A DNA stretch of 64,000 nt from a bacterium (GCA_043812655.1 JBDRLW010000030.1:47055-111054), one strand, 5' to 3'. Positions 30,503 through 46,186 are shown, numbered from the stretch's first letter. The notes: generated by a model from the letters alone, not told the origin. Translations and numbers: made by a program.

Positions 30503-30703
30503 TTATTTTACTGGATCATACCCGCCTGGAAATAATTGATTACACGTTATTAGGCGTTTTAACGACAAATACAGCCCCTTAAGGCTCCCGTATTTATCAA
30601 TTGCTTCAATTGCGTAGTCAGAACAGCTCGGATAATAGCGACAACAAGGCTTTTTTATATAAACGCTTATTTTTTTGTATAATATTAGGAAATATTTAAG
30701 CAT
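30503..30703 (-). CDS. yidD: Membrane protein insertion efficiency factor
   Basis: [11 protein letters not shown]...C...GGYDPV. Confidence 0.92.
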   Translation of the reverse strand: MLKYFLILYKKISVYIKKPCCRYYPSCSDYAIEAIDKYGSLKGLYLSLKRLITCNQLFPGGYDPVK

Positions 30704-31005
30704 TTTAGGCTCTTTTGGTACTCGGCTTTTTCTTTTTCTGCCTCTTTTGGGAAAATCACTATATCTATGTTTTTGGTCATATTATGCTTAATATCTTTAT
30801 ATGCGCTCACTATCCGTCGACGAGTCTTGTTCCTTTTTACCGCGTTACCAAGTGCTTTTTTACAAACCACGACCAACCTAGAAAGCCTCTGGTTGTTTCT
30901 GGCGGCCACGATGTAGAGTAGGGGGGTTGAGAATTGAAACTGTTTTTTCCTGATGATCGCTTTGATTTGCGCGCCGCTAGCGATTCGCTCGTCCCTAGGG
31001 AGCAA
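30685..31005 (-). CDS. rnpA: RNase P protein component
   Basis: [15 protein letters not shown] motif; position after rpmH. Confidence 0.9.
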   Translation of the reverse strand: MLPRDERIASGAQIKAIIRKKQFQFSTPLLYIVAARNNQRLSRLVVVCKKALGNAVKRNKTRRRIVSAYKDIKHNMTKNIDIVIFPKEAEKEKAEYQKSLKCLNIS

Positions 31006-31135
31006 GCCGTTTCCGTCCCTTACGCCTTCTGCTCGATATCACCCGTCGTCCGCCTTTGGTTTTCATTTTAACCAAAAAGCCGTGCGTGGTTTTCTTTGCT
31101 TTTTTATGAGGCTGATATGTTCTTTTGGTCGACAT
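30995..31135 (-). CDS. rpmH: 50S ribosomal protein L34 (not in ORF track)
   Basis: [46 protein letters not shown]. Confidence 0.97.
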   Translation of the reverse strand: MSTKRTYQPHKKAKKTTHGFLVKMKTKGGRRVISSRRRKGRKRLAP

Positions 31136-31143
31136 CGTCTTTA

Positions 31144-31172
31144 ATTATACTTGTCTTCGCGTCTTGTGTCAA
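31144..31172 (-). promoter_or_regulatory. Consensus sigma70 promoter of rpmH
   Basis: TTGACA-N17-TATAAT on the minus strand, 8 nt from the ATG. Confidence 0.8.
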
Positions 31173-31202
31173 CTTTTTCCTTATGCTATACTTTCCCTTC
31201 CC

Positions 31203-32573
31203 ATGACAGACATAGACATTTGTTCCATTTGGAACCAAGTTTTGCCGCTACTCGAAAAAAGCCTGAACCGGCCGATCTACGAAGCGCTTCTTTCCGGCGC
31301 TAAGCCGCAAGCCTTTGATGGCGGGGTTTTTGAGGTGGCGGTCCCTAATCAACTGGTAAAAGATTGGCTCTCAAAGTATTGCATTACCCTGCTCGAGCAA
31401 GAGTTGCAGGCCTTTTTACCTGAGGTCAAGAAGGTAAATTTTTTTGTCGGTGCCGAAGCACTTTTCTCAACGCCTATCTGTGACCCAAAAGCGCCGGAAA
31501 TCCCGACCAAAAAACCGACCCAGCCTTTAAATCTATATTTAAATGCGCGGTATACTTTTGAAAATTTTGTCGTCGGCCACGGCAATCGTTTTGCCCACGC
31601 CGCCGCCGGCGCTGTGGCCGAAAGCCCCGCCACTGCCTACAACCCCTTCTTTTTATATGGCGGAGTAGGGCTGGGAAAGACCCACCTGATGCAAGCGATC
31701 GGTAATCGGGTCGTATTAAAAAACCCAAACGCAAAGATATTATATACAACCTCTGAGACTTTTACGAACGAGCTTATCGCCTCTATCCGCGAAGATAAAA
31801 CCATCCAATTTAGGAACAAATACCGGAACATAGATGTTTTAATGGTTGACGACGTCCAGTTTATCGCCGGCAAAGAGCGGACACAGGAAGAGTTTTTTCA
31901 CACCTTTAACGCTCTTTACGAGTCTAATAAACAGATAGTCTTGAGCTCCGACCGACCGCCAAAAGAGATGCTGACCTTGGAAGAACGTCTTCGCTCCCGT
32001 TTTGAATGGGGACTAACCGCCGACGTTCAGGCCCCAGACTTTGAAACTAGGATAGCTATCTTACAAAAAAAGGCGGAGATCTCTGGGGTTGTCGTTTCCG
32101 ATGAGGTGCTGGCCCACATCGCTGCCAAGATCGTCTCCAATATCCGTAAGCTTGAAGGGGCGCTGATCCGGGTCGTGGCGTTTGCCTCATTAAGCGGAAA
32201 AGAGATCGATTTGCCACTGGTTGAAGCTGTTTTAAAAGATTTTGCAACCACCGAAAAAGCGACCTTAAGTATTTCTATCGATCTGATAAAAAAAACCGTA
32301 GCCGAACATTACGGCGTTGCGATCGATGATCTTTCGGCCAAAACCAGGCTGCAAAAGATCGCCTTAGCCAGACAAGTGGCAATGTATATTACCAGGGAGC
32401 TTACCAGCGCTTCTCTTCCAAAGATCGGCGCCGAGTTTGGCGGAAGGGACCATACGACCGTGCTACACGCTTATGAGAAAATTAAGGCCGACAAAAGGTC
32501 CCAATTTGAATTAGCTGACGCAATCAAGGACATATCGGCTACTGTTAAGAAATACACAACAGCCTCTGTTTAA
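31203..32573 (+). CDS. dnaA: Chromosomal replication initiator
   Basis: YTFENFVVG, GGVGLGKTHL, DDVQF, RLRSRF, GGRDHTTV; TGCTATACT at 31184-31192. Confidence 0.98.
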   Translation: MTDIDICSIWNQVLPLLEKSLNRPIYEALLSGAKPQAFDGGVFEVAVPNQLVKDWLSKYCITLLEQELQAFLPEVKKVNFFVGAEALFSTPICDPKAPEIPTKKPTQPLNLYLNARYTFENFVVGHGNRFAHAAAGAVAESPATAYNPFFLYGGVGLGKTHLMQAIGNRVVLKNPNAKILYTTSETFTNELIASIREDKTIQFRNKYRNIDVLMVDDVQFIAGKERTQEEFFHTFNALYESNKQIVLSSDRPPKEMLTLEERLRSRFEWGLTADVQAPDFETRIAILQKKAEISGVVVSDEVLAHIAAKIVSNIRKLEGALIRVVAFASLSGKEIDLPLVEAVLKDFATTEKATLSISIDLIKKTVAEHYGVAIDDLSAKTRLQKIALARQVAMYITRELTSASLPKIGAEFGGRDHTTVLHAYEKIKADKRSQFELADAIKDISATVKKYTTASV

Positions 32574-32756
32574 AACTTTTTTTATTTGTTTTATACACAA
32601 TGATAAAGGACAGGGGTTGATAACTTTCTAAAACTTTTGCTGTTATTAAAAGAATTAAAATGGTTATTAACATATCAACAAACTCTTTTACTACTATTTC
32701 TTTTTATACTATAATTATAGGGGATAAAAACTTGTTAATAACTAAGAGGGGGGATT
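32574..32756. other. oriC: Replication origin (oriC) candidate
   Basis: AT-rich dnaA-dnaN gap with DnaA-box-like 9-mers (32591, 32615, 32664, 32672, 32719, 32733) and TACTACTAT trios at 32689; visible C/T-to-G/A composition shift nearby. Confidence 0.8.
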
Positions 32757-33895
32757 ATGGAATTTAGTTGTGATAAAAAAGAATTGCAGGCTGGAGTTTC
32801 AACGGTTGAAAGGATAGTTGCGACAAGAAGCACGCTGCCAATAATAGGAAATATTCTTTTTGAAGCTTCAAAAAACGGATTAAAACTATCAGCGAATAAT
32901 TTAGAAATAGGGATAGAATTAGGGATAAAGGCAAGCGTTAATAAGGAAGGGGCGATTCTTTTGCCGGCAAAGACCTTAAGCGGCATTGTATCAAAATTAC
33001 CGGAAACGGCGGTTAGTTTTAAGCTAGCAGAAAATGGGACAATGAAAATTTCTTACGACCAGTCGCAATTTAATCTCCATTCTCTGCCGCCAGACGAGTT
33101 TCCGGCGCTGGCAAAAGTTAAAGAAGGAAAAAGCTTTTCCGTTGATCCAGATGTTTTTGTATCAATGGTGAAACAGACCATCTTTTCTGTGTCCAGCAGC
33201 GAAGAAAAATATGTTTTAACTGGTATTTTACTCGAAGTCGGCAGAAGCCATCTATCCGGTGATCAATCAAATATTAGAATGGTTGCGACCGATGGTTATC
33301 GCCTGGCAAAAAGAAGCGAAAAGATCGAGACAAAAGGGGACCAAGTAATTAATTTGATAGTTCCAGCAAGAGCTCTATCGGAAGCTGTAAAAATGGTTGA
33401 AATGGGAAAAGGGACAGATTTAAAAATTACCGCTTCAACAGAACAGATCAGCTTCAGATATGGAGAGGCCTTTGTTGTTTCCAGGTTGATACAAGGGCAA
33501 TTTCCCGATTATAAACAGGTAATACCAAAAAAGAGCGTAACAAAGGTCACAATAAAAACGAAAGAGTTTTTAAAAGCGGCAGAGAGGGCAGCCGTTATAG
33601 CCTCTGGTTCTGCCAATGTGACGGCGTTCGAAGTAAAAAACGGGAAGCTATATTTAACAGCCAATACGCCCGATGTTGGCAATGTTACCGAAGTGATCAG
33701 CGCCGAAATAAAAGGCGGAGAAAAGGCGAGGGCCTCTTTTAATATCCGCTTGATAACGGACGTCTTGAATGCGATCGGAACAGAAAAAGTTATAATTGAA
33801 CTTGGCGAGGGTTTAAGTCCAGGGGTAATTAGGCCGGAAGGTAATACAGATTATTTATATATTGTAATGCCGATCAGGACACAAGAGGCTGGCTA

Positions 33896-33896
<1 letters not shown>
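32757..33896 (+). CDS. dnaN: DNA polymerase III beta clamp
   Basis: TLPIIGNIL, VATDGYRLA, GQFPDY, IVMPIR. Confidence 0.97.
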
Positions 33897-38716
<4,820 letters not shown>

Positions 38717-38720
<4 letters not shown>

Positions 38721-39145
38721 TTTTTACCGGCAGCTCTTAAAGCGTTAAGGATCGCGTCACTGTCCATATAGCCTTCGTGTTTGATCAAGACGCGACCGCC
38801 GGCGGTCTTGATGATGACAGAGGGGATGGAGTTAACCCCATAAAAAGCGGCGACCTCGGGGTCTCTGGCAACATCGATGTTTTTGAAGCGGGCAACTTGG
38901 CCAGCTTGTTTTTCCAGTTCGGAAGCGACAAAGAGCGCCAGATCAGACTCCCCGTCCCCTTTTTGGAAGAGCGTGACAACCTCTGGCAGGCTTTTCCTGT
39001 TTTCCTGGCTAGAGGGAGAGGCCTTTTTCTCTTCAATCGTTGTAGTAGAGGAAGCCGGAACATTGTCAGGCCTAGGGCCAAGGGTCAAGGCGAACAAAAA
39101 ACCGGCCGCGACAACGACAGCTAAAACCAAAAATAGTTTTTTCAT
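38717..39145 (-). CDS. Membrane-anchored thioredoxin-fold protein lacking CxxC
   Basis: [24 protein letters not shown] Trx-like C-terminal half; no Cys in the mature part. Confidence 0.6.
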
Positions 39146-39201
39146 ATGGAAGATTATAGCAAAAATAGGTTTGTTGTGGTAGTATAGCCTGCAAATAAAA
39201 A

Positions 39202-39777
39202 ATGCGGCAAAGACAAAAAGCAAAAAAAAGTAAATTTAAGATCCCTAAAAAGGCAAAACAGGTTTTGGTTTTTGCCGGGCTGGTAGCCTTGGTGATTTTA
39301 GGCCTAAACATTTTTTTTAAACTGCAAACCGAAGAGCCCAGAGCAAAACCAAGGGAAACAACAAAAAACGCCTTAACAAGGGTTTATTTTATTAAAGAGG
39401 GCAGGGTCGCCCCGGTTGTTAGAGAGCTAGCCCCCGACGAAAACCCGCTAAGGAAAGTAATTAACGAATTACTAAAAGGCCCAACGAACGAGGAAAGGAA
39501 GGAAGGCTACATAACAGGGATACCAAAGGAGTGCCGGGCCTTGAACATAACGGTAAATGGAGGCGCGGCGCAAATAATATTTAATCAAAAACTAGAAGAA
39601 TTTAGCGGAGGTGCCGGCAAGGTGGAAACGATGCTGGCACAAATTGTTTACACCGCGACAGAAATCCCAGGGATAAATAAAGTATTAATAAAAATTAAAG
39701 GCAGAAGCGAAATCGTTTTAGGGGGGGAGGGGTTGGTTTTGGATCGGCCGCTCTCAAGAAGCGAGCTTCTCCGCTAA
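39202..39777 (+). CDS. GerMN domain protein
   Basis: ELLKGPT..E...[19 protein letters not shown]. Confidence 0.85.
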   Translation: MRQRQKAKKSKFKIPKKAKQVLVFAGLVALVILGLNIFFKLQTEEPRAKPRETTKNALTRVYFIKEGRVAPVVRELAPDENPLRKVINELLKGPTNEERKEGYITGIPKECRALNITVNGGAAQIIFNQKLEEFSGGAGKVETMLAQIVYTATEIPGINKVLIKIKGRSEIVLGGEGLVLDRPLSRSELLR

Positions 39778-40917
39778 TTTATCCAGCTCGGCTTTACCGA
39801 CCAATTCAGTTACACAAATTATCTTGCCGCTAGGCTTAACAGCAAACTCTTTAAAGCTCGGGGTGTTGGGCCAGAGAACCTTAGTCCCTAGCTTTGCTTT
39901 TAAGTAATTAGATTTTTGCAGGCAAAGCTCGGCAACTTTACGTAAACCCTGCTTTCCCATGAGCGACAAATAGACGCAGGCGGCCAAAGCGCAGAGCGCT
40001 TCGTTGCTACAAATATTTGAAGTCGCTTTTTCTCGCCTGATATGTTGTTCCCTGGTCGACATGGTTAAGACAAACCCGCGCCTCCCATTTGAGTCAACGG
40101 TCCCTCCCACAATTCTCCCCGGCATTTGCCGGAGATATTCTTTTTTTGTCGCAAAAATCCCGAGCCCTGGCCCGCCAAAGCTTTGCGGGTTGCCGAGAGC
40201 TTGCCCTTCGCCGACGACAATGTCGGCCCCGTAGCTTCCCGGCGCTTTCAGAAGCCCAAGAGAAATAGGATCGACGGAAGCAATGAATAAGGCTCCGGCG
40301 GAATGAACCAAGTCGGCTAGCCCATTAGCCGGTTCGATATTACCAAAATAGTTTGGTTGTTGAAGAATGAAACAGGATGAGTTGGGATTTAGGAGTCTTG
40401 AGTCCAGAGAAGATAATCCAGTTTTCTGGTCAAAAGGAACCTCGATCAAGGTTAAATCGGCAGCGCGGCAGTAAGTCCTTAGAACCTGAAGATAGTTAGG
40501 ATTAACGGCGGAGGAGATGACGACTTCAGTCCGGCCAGTGATCCGACAAGCCATCAAAGCGGCCTCGGCCATGGCCGTTGCCCCGTCGTACATAGAAGCG
40601 TTGGCGACATCCATCCCGGTCAAGTCGCAAGCCATCGATTGATACTCATAGATCGCCTGGAGGGTCCCTTGGCTGGCTTCGGGTTGATAGGGAGTATAAG
40701 CCGTATAAAATTCAGAACGACCAATAATATGTTTTACCGCGCTCGGAATAAAATGTTGATACGAGCCGCCGCCCAAAAAAGGCGAGGCCAGTTGATTTTT
40801 TTTACTTTGAGCGATGAGCTCGGCCAGCAATTCCGGCTCACTTAATGGTGCGGGAATATCTAATTGTTTTTTTGAGCGAACTTTGGCTGGGATTCCGGCA
40901 AAAAGATCGGCGCCCAC
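39754..40917 (-). CDS. gcvPA: Glycine dehydrogenase subunit 1 (short)
   Basis: [44 protein letters not shown]. Confidence 0.92.
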   Translation of the reverse strand: MGADLFAGIPAKVRSKKQLDIPAPLSEPELLAELIAQSKKNQLASPFLGGGSYQHFIPSAVKHIIGRSEFYTAYTPYQPEASQGTLQAIYEYQSMACDLTGMDVANASMYDGATAMAEAALMACRITGRTEVVISSAVNPNYLQVLRTYCRAADLTLIEVPFDQKTGLSSLDSRLLNPNSSCFILQQPNYFGNIEPANGLADLVHSAGALFIASVDPISLGLLKAPGSYGADIVVGEGQALGNPQSFGGPGLGIFATKKEYLRQMPGRIVGGTVDSNGRRGFVLTMSTREQHIRREKATSNICSNEALCALAACVYLSLMGKQGLRKVAELCLQKSNYLKAKLGTKVLWPNTPSFKEFAVKPSGKIICVTELVGKAELDKLAEKLAS

Positions 40918-40918
40918 T

Positions 40919-41296
40919 TTACTTTAAGGTCTTCTGGTAGTCGGCAGAGGACAAAAGATCTTTTATATCAGCCGGGCTACTCATTTCAACCTTAATGATC
41001 CAGCCATCACCATAAGGGGAGCTGTTGATCAACTCTGGCTTTTTATCGAGGGCTTCATTTCTGGCCACCACTTTTCCAGAAACCGGGGCATAAAGGCTAG
41101 AAACTGATTTTACCGATTCAACAACGCCAAACTCTTGCGCGGCCTGCAATTCTTTTCCCAGAGGAGGGAGTTCAACGTAAACGACATCACCAAGGGAATC
41201 TTGAGCGTAATGAGTTATCCCGACCGTCGCGACATTGCCGTCGGCCTTGACCCACTCGTGTTCCTTGCTATATTTCAAGTTTTCCGGACAAGACAT
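40919..41296 (-). CDS. gcvH: Glycine cleavage H protein
   Basis: [27 protein letters not shown] lipoyl Lys; start at MSCP. Confidence 0.95.
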   Translation of the reverse strand: MSCPENLKYSKEHEWVKADGNVATVGITHYAQDSLGDVVYVELPPLGKELQAAQEFGVVESVKSVSSLYAPVSGKVVARNEALDKKPELINSSPYGDGWIIKVEMSSPADIKDLLSSADYQKTLK

Positions 41297-41300
41297 TAAG

Positions 41301-41594
41301 TTATCCTTTCTCGATTTTTTCGACTTTAAGCCGGGCGTAGCCAAAAAGCAGGCCCGAAACCAAGATCCTTGCAAGGCTGTCAGACAAACGATCATAGAGG
41401 ATCTTTTTCTGGTAATATGTTTCAAGTGAAGGAGCGCTGTCTTTATCAAAAGAACCGGCTGAATCGGCGACCGTTGAAACCGGGTGGTTAAAAAGAAGCC
41501 CGACGCCAGCTCCGGCAAAATCAATTACCCCCCACAGCAAAACAAAAAGAGCGGCAAGGCAGATGATGTAATAATAGGTTTTCTTGAGGTCCAT
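41301..41594 (-). CDS. Small membrane protein (two TM helices)
   Basis: Hydrophobic segments; fills the gcvT-gcvH gap. Confidence 0.65.
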   Translation of the reverse strand: MDLKKTYYYIICLAALFVLLWGVIDFAGAGVGLLFNHPVSTVADSAGSFDKDSAPSLETYYQKKILYDRLSDSLARILVSGLLFGYARLKVEKIEKG

Positions 41595-41601
41595 GTAGGT
41601 A

Positions 41602-42660
41602 TTATTTTACTCTTTTGTAGAAGGCTTTGTCAACGACGCGGGCGGGGCGCTTTTCGCCGCGTATCAGGATGGAACCCTCTTTAGCTTCGGAGTTCAAATA
41701 GGCTAGAGCGATCGGTTTTTTAAGCGTTGGCGAAAAAGTCCCGCTGGTTACTTTGCCTAACGGCTCCGAACTCCCAGCTCCAAACACCAAGCTCCCTTCC
41801 CTGGGGATCGCTCGTCCCTCTAGGGAGATGCCAACTAATATTTTCTTTAAACCAGCCTCTTTTTCTTTAACCAAGGCCTCTCGCCCAATAAAATCACCTT
41901 TATTAAGCTTTACCGCCCAAGAGTACCCGGCTTCTAGCGGCGTTGTTTCTTCATTATATTCATGGCCATATAATGGTAGGCCGGCCTCAAGCCTTAACGT
42001 GTCACGGGCGCCTAAACCGCAAGGTTGAACGCCTTGGTCGATAAAGCTTTGCCAAATATTGGCGACCTCTTTTTTGGCCGCGAACATTTCTACCCCATCC
42101 TCACCAGTATATCCGGTCCGGGATAAAATAATGTCGCGCCACCAGAGGGTATGATTACGTGCCAAGGAGGAAAGTGAGAGGTGAAAAGTTTTTTCAACTA
42201 CTTTAACAGCCTCTGGCCCTTGTAGTGAAAGGGCGCAATAATTCTCATAGAGCCCGATGTTTAGCCCGGACGAGTTTTTCTTTAGCCAGGCCAGGACTTT
42301 GTCGGTGTTGCTGGCGTTGGCGATTATCATATAAAGCATTGGCAAGCGATAGACCAAAATATCGTCGACAACCCCGCCGTTATCATTACACAAAACAGAA
42401 TATTGGCAAGAATTTATTTCGAGCTTTGAAGCGTCATTGGTGGCAACTTTTTGGATAAAAGGGAGGGCTCCGTCGCCTTCGATCTTGATCAGTCCCATAT
42501 GGCCGATGTCAAAGAGCCCGAGAGAATTTCTGACGGCATTATGTTCAGCAATAATACCCTGGGGGTAGGAAACGGGCATCTCCCAGCCGCCAAAAGGGAC
42601 CATTTTGGCCCCCAAATCAACATGTTTTTGAAAAAGAGGAGTTCTTTTAAGGTTTTCCAT
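41602..42660 (-). CDS. gcvT: Aminomethyltransferase
   Basis: FGGWEMP, FDIGHMG, SRTGYTGEDG, GLGARDTLRLEAG. Confidence 0.96.
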   Translation of the reverse strand: MENLKRTPLFQKHVDLGAKMVPFGGWEMPVSYPQGIIAEHNAVRNSLGLFDIGHMGLIKIEGDGALPFIQKVATNDASKLEINSCQYSVLCNDNGGVVDDILVYRLPMLYMIIANASNTDKVLAWLKKNSSGLNIGLYENYCALSLQGPEAVKVVEKTFHLSLSSLARNHTLWWRDIILSRTGYTGEDGVEMFAAKKEVANIWQSFIDQGVQPCGLGARDTLRLEAGLPLYGHEYNEETTPLEAGYSWAVKLNKGDFIGREALVKEKEAGLKKILVGISLEGRAIPREGSLVFGAGSSEPLGKVTSGTFSPTLKKPIALAYLNSEAKEGSILIRGEKRPARVVDKAFYKRVK

Positions 42661-42704
42661 GGCTAACAAAAAGATATTAGCACAAAAACAACCCAGGCAA
42701 AAGT

Positions 42705-42731
42705 GAAATTATTGCCAAAAAATGACGATAA
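42705..42731 (+). promoter_or_regulatory. sigma28-like promoter
   Basis: GAAA-N15-GACGATAA, 6 nt before ATG 42738. Confidence 0.55.
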
Positions 42732-42737
42732 TAATGC

Positions 42738-43625
42738 ATGGGAATCGTTTCAGTCGCAATAAAAGCAAGAGGTTTTTTTTGGGAAGGGATTGCTGTAACA
42801 ACCGGCAAAGCTCCCTTGGCAAGGCTAAGAGGAAGCGACCTTATAAATAAATTATTTACCCATAAAGCAAAGTTAGCCCAGATTCCTATTTTTGGACATC
42901 AAGGGAAAGTGTTTGTGCGGGTTCAGGCTTACGAGGTTAGCCATAAAGCATTGAAACGGCTAGGGCTTAACAACAGCTTACTAAAAAATGGGCCCTTGGT
43001 TTGCGTATTAAAGAAAGACCAATATAATAAATATTGTCTAGCGATTGGAGCGGACCCAAGTCAATTGGCCGGCGTTTATGGTCCAAAAGGAATCAAAGAG
43101 CAAGAAGAGGTCGACGGGGGGGCGCGAACCTATTTGACCTTTAACGCCAGAAAGATATTTGTTCCTGAGGACGTAGATTTCCTTACTCTTTGCCACGAAG
43201 TGCTGCACGATTATTTTATGAATTTTTTTGATACGCCGCTAGCCGGCAAAACAGATACACAGAGGAACAGAGATTTTTATACCCAGTTGATCATACAAGA
43301 GGTAAGAAGGTCGGCTGATAAGTCAAAAAAACCTAGGGGTGTTTCGGTAGAGGAACAATTTTTCCAAGAAGTAGCGGAGAGGTGCTCAACCAGATACGAC
43401 CTAAAAAGCCTCATAGAAACACCCGTAGATGTTACCCGTGGCAGATGGGGGGATGTTAGATATGTGGCGCTTTCAAAAGAAACCCAGCTTTTTGTTCGAG
43501 AATGTTTTGCTTATGGCGGCGCGACCTTAGCGACAGAAAAAAAATGGGGAGGGGTTGGCGAGCAAGGGATGGGAAAAGTCCCCAAAGAACTAGAAATAGC
43601 GTTAAGAAAGGTCGTTCTTGCTTAA
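42738..43625 (+). CDS. Hypothetical protein with HExxH zincin motif
   Basis: TLCHEVLHD and downstream ECFAY. Confidence 0.6.
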   Translation: MGIVSVAIKARGFFWEGIAVTTGKAPLARLRGSDLINKLFTHKAKLAQIPIFGHQGKVFVRVQAYEVSHKALKRLGLNNSLLKNGPLVCVLKKDQYNKYCLAIGADPSQLAGVYGPKGIKEQEEVDGGARTYLTFNARKIFVPEDVDFLTLCHEVLHDYFMNFFDTPLAGKTDTQRNRDFYTQLIIQEVRRSADKSKKPRGVSVEEQFFQEVAERCSTRYDLKSLIETPVDVTRGRWGDVRYVALSKETQLFVRECFAYGGATLATEKKWGGVGEQGMGKVPKELEIALRKVVLA

Positions 43626-43657
43626 AGCCAAGAAATATATAAATTCTAAAACAACCT

Positions 43658-43684
43658 GAAATTATTTTAAAATTACTACGATAC
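43658..43684 (+). promoter_or_regulatory. sigma28-like promoter
   Basis: GAAA-N15-TACGATAC; shares TGAAATTATT with the 42704 site. Confidence 0.5.
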
Positions 43685-43692
43685 AAGGTCAA

Positions 43693-44394
43693 ATGCACGC
43701 AAGTAAAATTTCTCTTCCACGGACAATAATTAATTTTTTGACAGGACGAACAATAAACGCGAATTTAAGGGGAATAGAATTGTTTGGCAGATTATTTGCT
43801 TCTGTCCCCAATAGATCAGGAATATACACAAAAGAAGAAGGAGTCCAACGACTTTCCATAGAGGTTCTGATTTTTCACATTAATGGCCCAGTCGCAAAGC
43901 TTTTAGGGATCAAAAAAGAATGGCTTGAGCCGGGGATATATGTTTGTGTGGCAAAAAAAGAAGGCCATGACGGCTTTGTTTCCGGACATTGGCTAGCAAG
44001 ACATGGTTCTGCCGGTAGCCAAGTTGACACAAAAATAGAATCAAGACAGGTCTTAATTCCAGATGATGCGGACATGAGAACATTGTGCCACGCGATTTTG
44101 CTCGATGGTTTTAACAATGCTAAAGAAGAAAGTCTGAATTTTAGGGGCGCTCCCTTTGCTTATTTGGTTGCGGAGGCAGTTAACGCACAAGCAGGGATTA
44201 GATTTTTTAACGAAGTTTCAAGGCGAAGCGGCACTCCCCTAAACCCAGAAAGTTCAGCTTTTATTGCCGAGTCTTTTGCTTACGGCGGAACAAAGGTTTT
44301 AATGGCAAGGCTAGTTGGCGGAGAGGAAAAAAAATCAGTGAGCGAGGTGCCAGCAAGGCTAAGAAGGTTCTTCCTCAAGAATCTTTGCGCCTAA
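43693..44394 (+). CDS. Paralog of the upstream gene with degenerate HExxH (HAILL)
   Basis: Colinear motifs VCVAKK, TLCH, FFNEV, ESFAYGG, VP. Confidence 0.6.
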   Translation: MHASKISLPRTIINFLTGRTINANLRGIELFGRLFASVPNRSGIYTKEEGVQRLSIEVLIFHINGPVAKLLGIKKEWLEPGIYVCVAKKEGHDGFVSGHWLARHGSAGSQVDTKIESRQVLIPDDADMRTLCHAILLDGFNNAKEESLNFRGAPFAYLVAEAVNAQAGIRFFNEVSRRSGTPLNPESSAFIAESFAYGGTKVLMARLVGGEEKKSVSEVPARLRRFFLKNLCA

Positions 44395-44395
44395 A

Positions 44396-45454
44396 TTAAC
44401 TAAGCGCGGCGATCAATTTTTCGTTCTGCTCTTTGGTCCCGATCGAAATCCGAATCGCTTGCGGAAAACCAAAAGAGGTAAGCGGCCGGATAATTATCCC
44501 TTTTTTCATCAGTGAAAGAAACATTTCATCGGCCGATTTTTTTATATCAACAAAAATAAAATTAGCTTCGGTCTTTTTATGGCTCAAACTAAGCTTATCA
44601 AGTTCCGCGTACAAACATTTTTTCCCTTCGATATTGTTCTGATAGGTTTTCTCCAAAAAGTCTTTATCTTCTAAGGCCGCGGCGGCGCCGACTTGCGCTA
44701 AGCGATTAACATTAAATGGCATTTTGGTTTTGAGCATTGGGGAGATCAACGCTTCTTTGGCTATCCCATAACCGACACGGAGTCCAGCCAGGCCGTAATA
44801 TTTGGAAAAGGTTCGTAAAACAAGAACATTCTTTCCCTCTTTTACATAATTAATGATATTTGGAAATTCCTTGCTCTCAACAAACCCAGCATAGGCCTCA
44901 TCCACCACCACCAAAATGTTCTCCGGGACCTTCTGGATGAAGGAGTCGAATTGCTCGGCCGAAAAAATTGTGCCGGTCGGATTATTAGGGTTGGTCAAGA
45001 AAATGATTTTTGTTTTTTTGGTGATCGCCTTGGCGATATTGTCCAAACTAATTTCATTGTCCTTTAGATCAACTAAAACCAATTTTCCGCCAAAGATCCG
45101 CGTGACCAGCTCGTAAAGGCTAAAAGTATTTTTGGAGATAACCACTTCATCTCCAGGGTTTAAATAAGTTGAGGCCAGGACCTGCATAATATCATCCGAG
45201 CCATTGCCGCAAACAACCGAACGATCTGACACGCCAAGCTTTTTCGCTAGGGCTTCGCGCAGGAGCGTTGATTTTTGATCGGGATAAGTTTGTAATTTGC
45301 CGAGCTCGGCGGTAATTGCCGCCAAGGCTCTAGGGGAGGGCCCAAAAGGGTTTTCATTTGACGCGAGCTTAACGGCCCCAGGCTCGGTCGGTGTTTTTCC
45401 TGGAAGATATTCTTTGATCCCTTCGACTTCCGGCCGGATGAAATCTTTAGCCAT
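44396..45454 (-). CDS. hisC: Histidinol-phosphate aminotransferase
   Basis: KLASNENP, NPNNPTG, DEAY, RTFSKYYGLAGLRVGY. Confidence 0.93.
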   Translation of the reverse strand: MAKDFIRPEVEGIKEYLPGKTPTEPGAVKLASNENPFGPSPRALAAITAELGKLQTYPDQKSTLLREALAKKLGVSDRSVVCGNGSDDIMQVLASTYLNPGDEVVISKNTFSLYELVTRIFGGKLVLVDLKDNEISLDNIAKAITKKTKIIFLTNPNNPTGTIFSAEQFDSFIQKVPENILVVVDEAYAGFVESKEFPNIINYVKEGKNVLVLRTFSKYYGLAGLRVGYGIAKEALISPMLKTKMPFNVNRLAQVGAAAALEDKDFLEKTYQNNIEGKKCLYAELDKLSLSHKKTEANFIFVDIKKSADEMFLSLMKKGIIIRPLTSFGFPQAIRISIGTKEQNEKLIAALS

Positions 45455-46170
45455 TAAAAAGGGTTAGCCCAGGAGAAACCGATAGCGGCGGACCTGGCAT
45501 CCTTAACCTGGGTTCCATTCAATAGATTTATCCCCGAAAGGGTGAGCGAGAAGATCGGGGTAAAGTAGATCTTGGCGCCAGCATTGACCTGGAATAGCGT
45601 TTCCCCCGCCATCATGTCGGCAAGTAAAAAGAAAGTGTCGGCCAGCGGAAATTCGACCCCGGCGATCCCCATGGGGCGGAATCTATTGTTAGGAAAATCA
45701 GCCATAAAACCAAAAGTAGCCTTTGGCCCTTGTTTGAAATATTTAGTTGCGACCATGTAAACATCTGTTTGGGTGTAAGAAAAAAGATTTTCGGTCCCTA
45801 GCGCTAAAAGGAGAGGATAGGTGTCATCCCCGCTGGAAAGAGAGAGCTTCATATTAACAAAAACCCCTTCACGCATTTGTTTGGTGTTCTTATCTGTCCC
45901 GCCGACAACCCCCAGCTCCAAGCCATGGAAGGCGCCGATGTTCATGTTATAGCTGACCATTGATTCACCGGTCGCGCCACCATCAGGCATCGACTGGCCA
46001 AAGCTGCCGCCAACATTAAAATTTTTATATTCAATAATGTCGGCGGAGGGGATCCGGATCAAGCCTGTTGGGCCATTAATGGCTTGGGAAGGAAAAACCT
46101 TAGGATAAGCCAGTGTCGCAGGCGAAATTAATAATAAGATAAACGAGAGGAACAAAAGTTTTTTTAGCAT
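45454..46170 (-). CDS. Exported beta-rich protein (YjbH-like, probable outer membrane)
   Basis: Signal peptide; GPTGLIRIPSA; ends in Phe. Confidence 0.55.
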   Translation of the reverse strand: MLKKLLFLSFILLLISPATLAYPKVFPSQAINGPTGLIRIPSADIIEYKNFNVGGSFGQSMPDGGATGESMVSYNMNIGAFHGLELGVVGGTDKNTKQMREGVFVNMKLSLSSGDDTYPLLLALGTENLFSYTQTDVYMVATKYFKQGPKATFGFMADFPNNRFRPMGIAGVEFPLADTFFLLADMMAGETLFQVNAGAKIYFTPIFSLTLSGINLLNGTQVKDARSAAIGFSWANPF

Positions 46171-46186
46171 GATGGCGCCCCCTTTA

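Noticed and set aside
41297..41524. Extended N-terminus of GcvH
   Set aside because: Overlaps the 41301-41594 membrane protein gene; GcvH homology begins at ATG 41296
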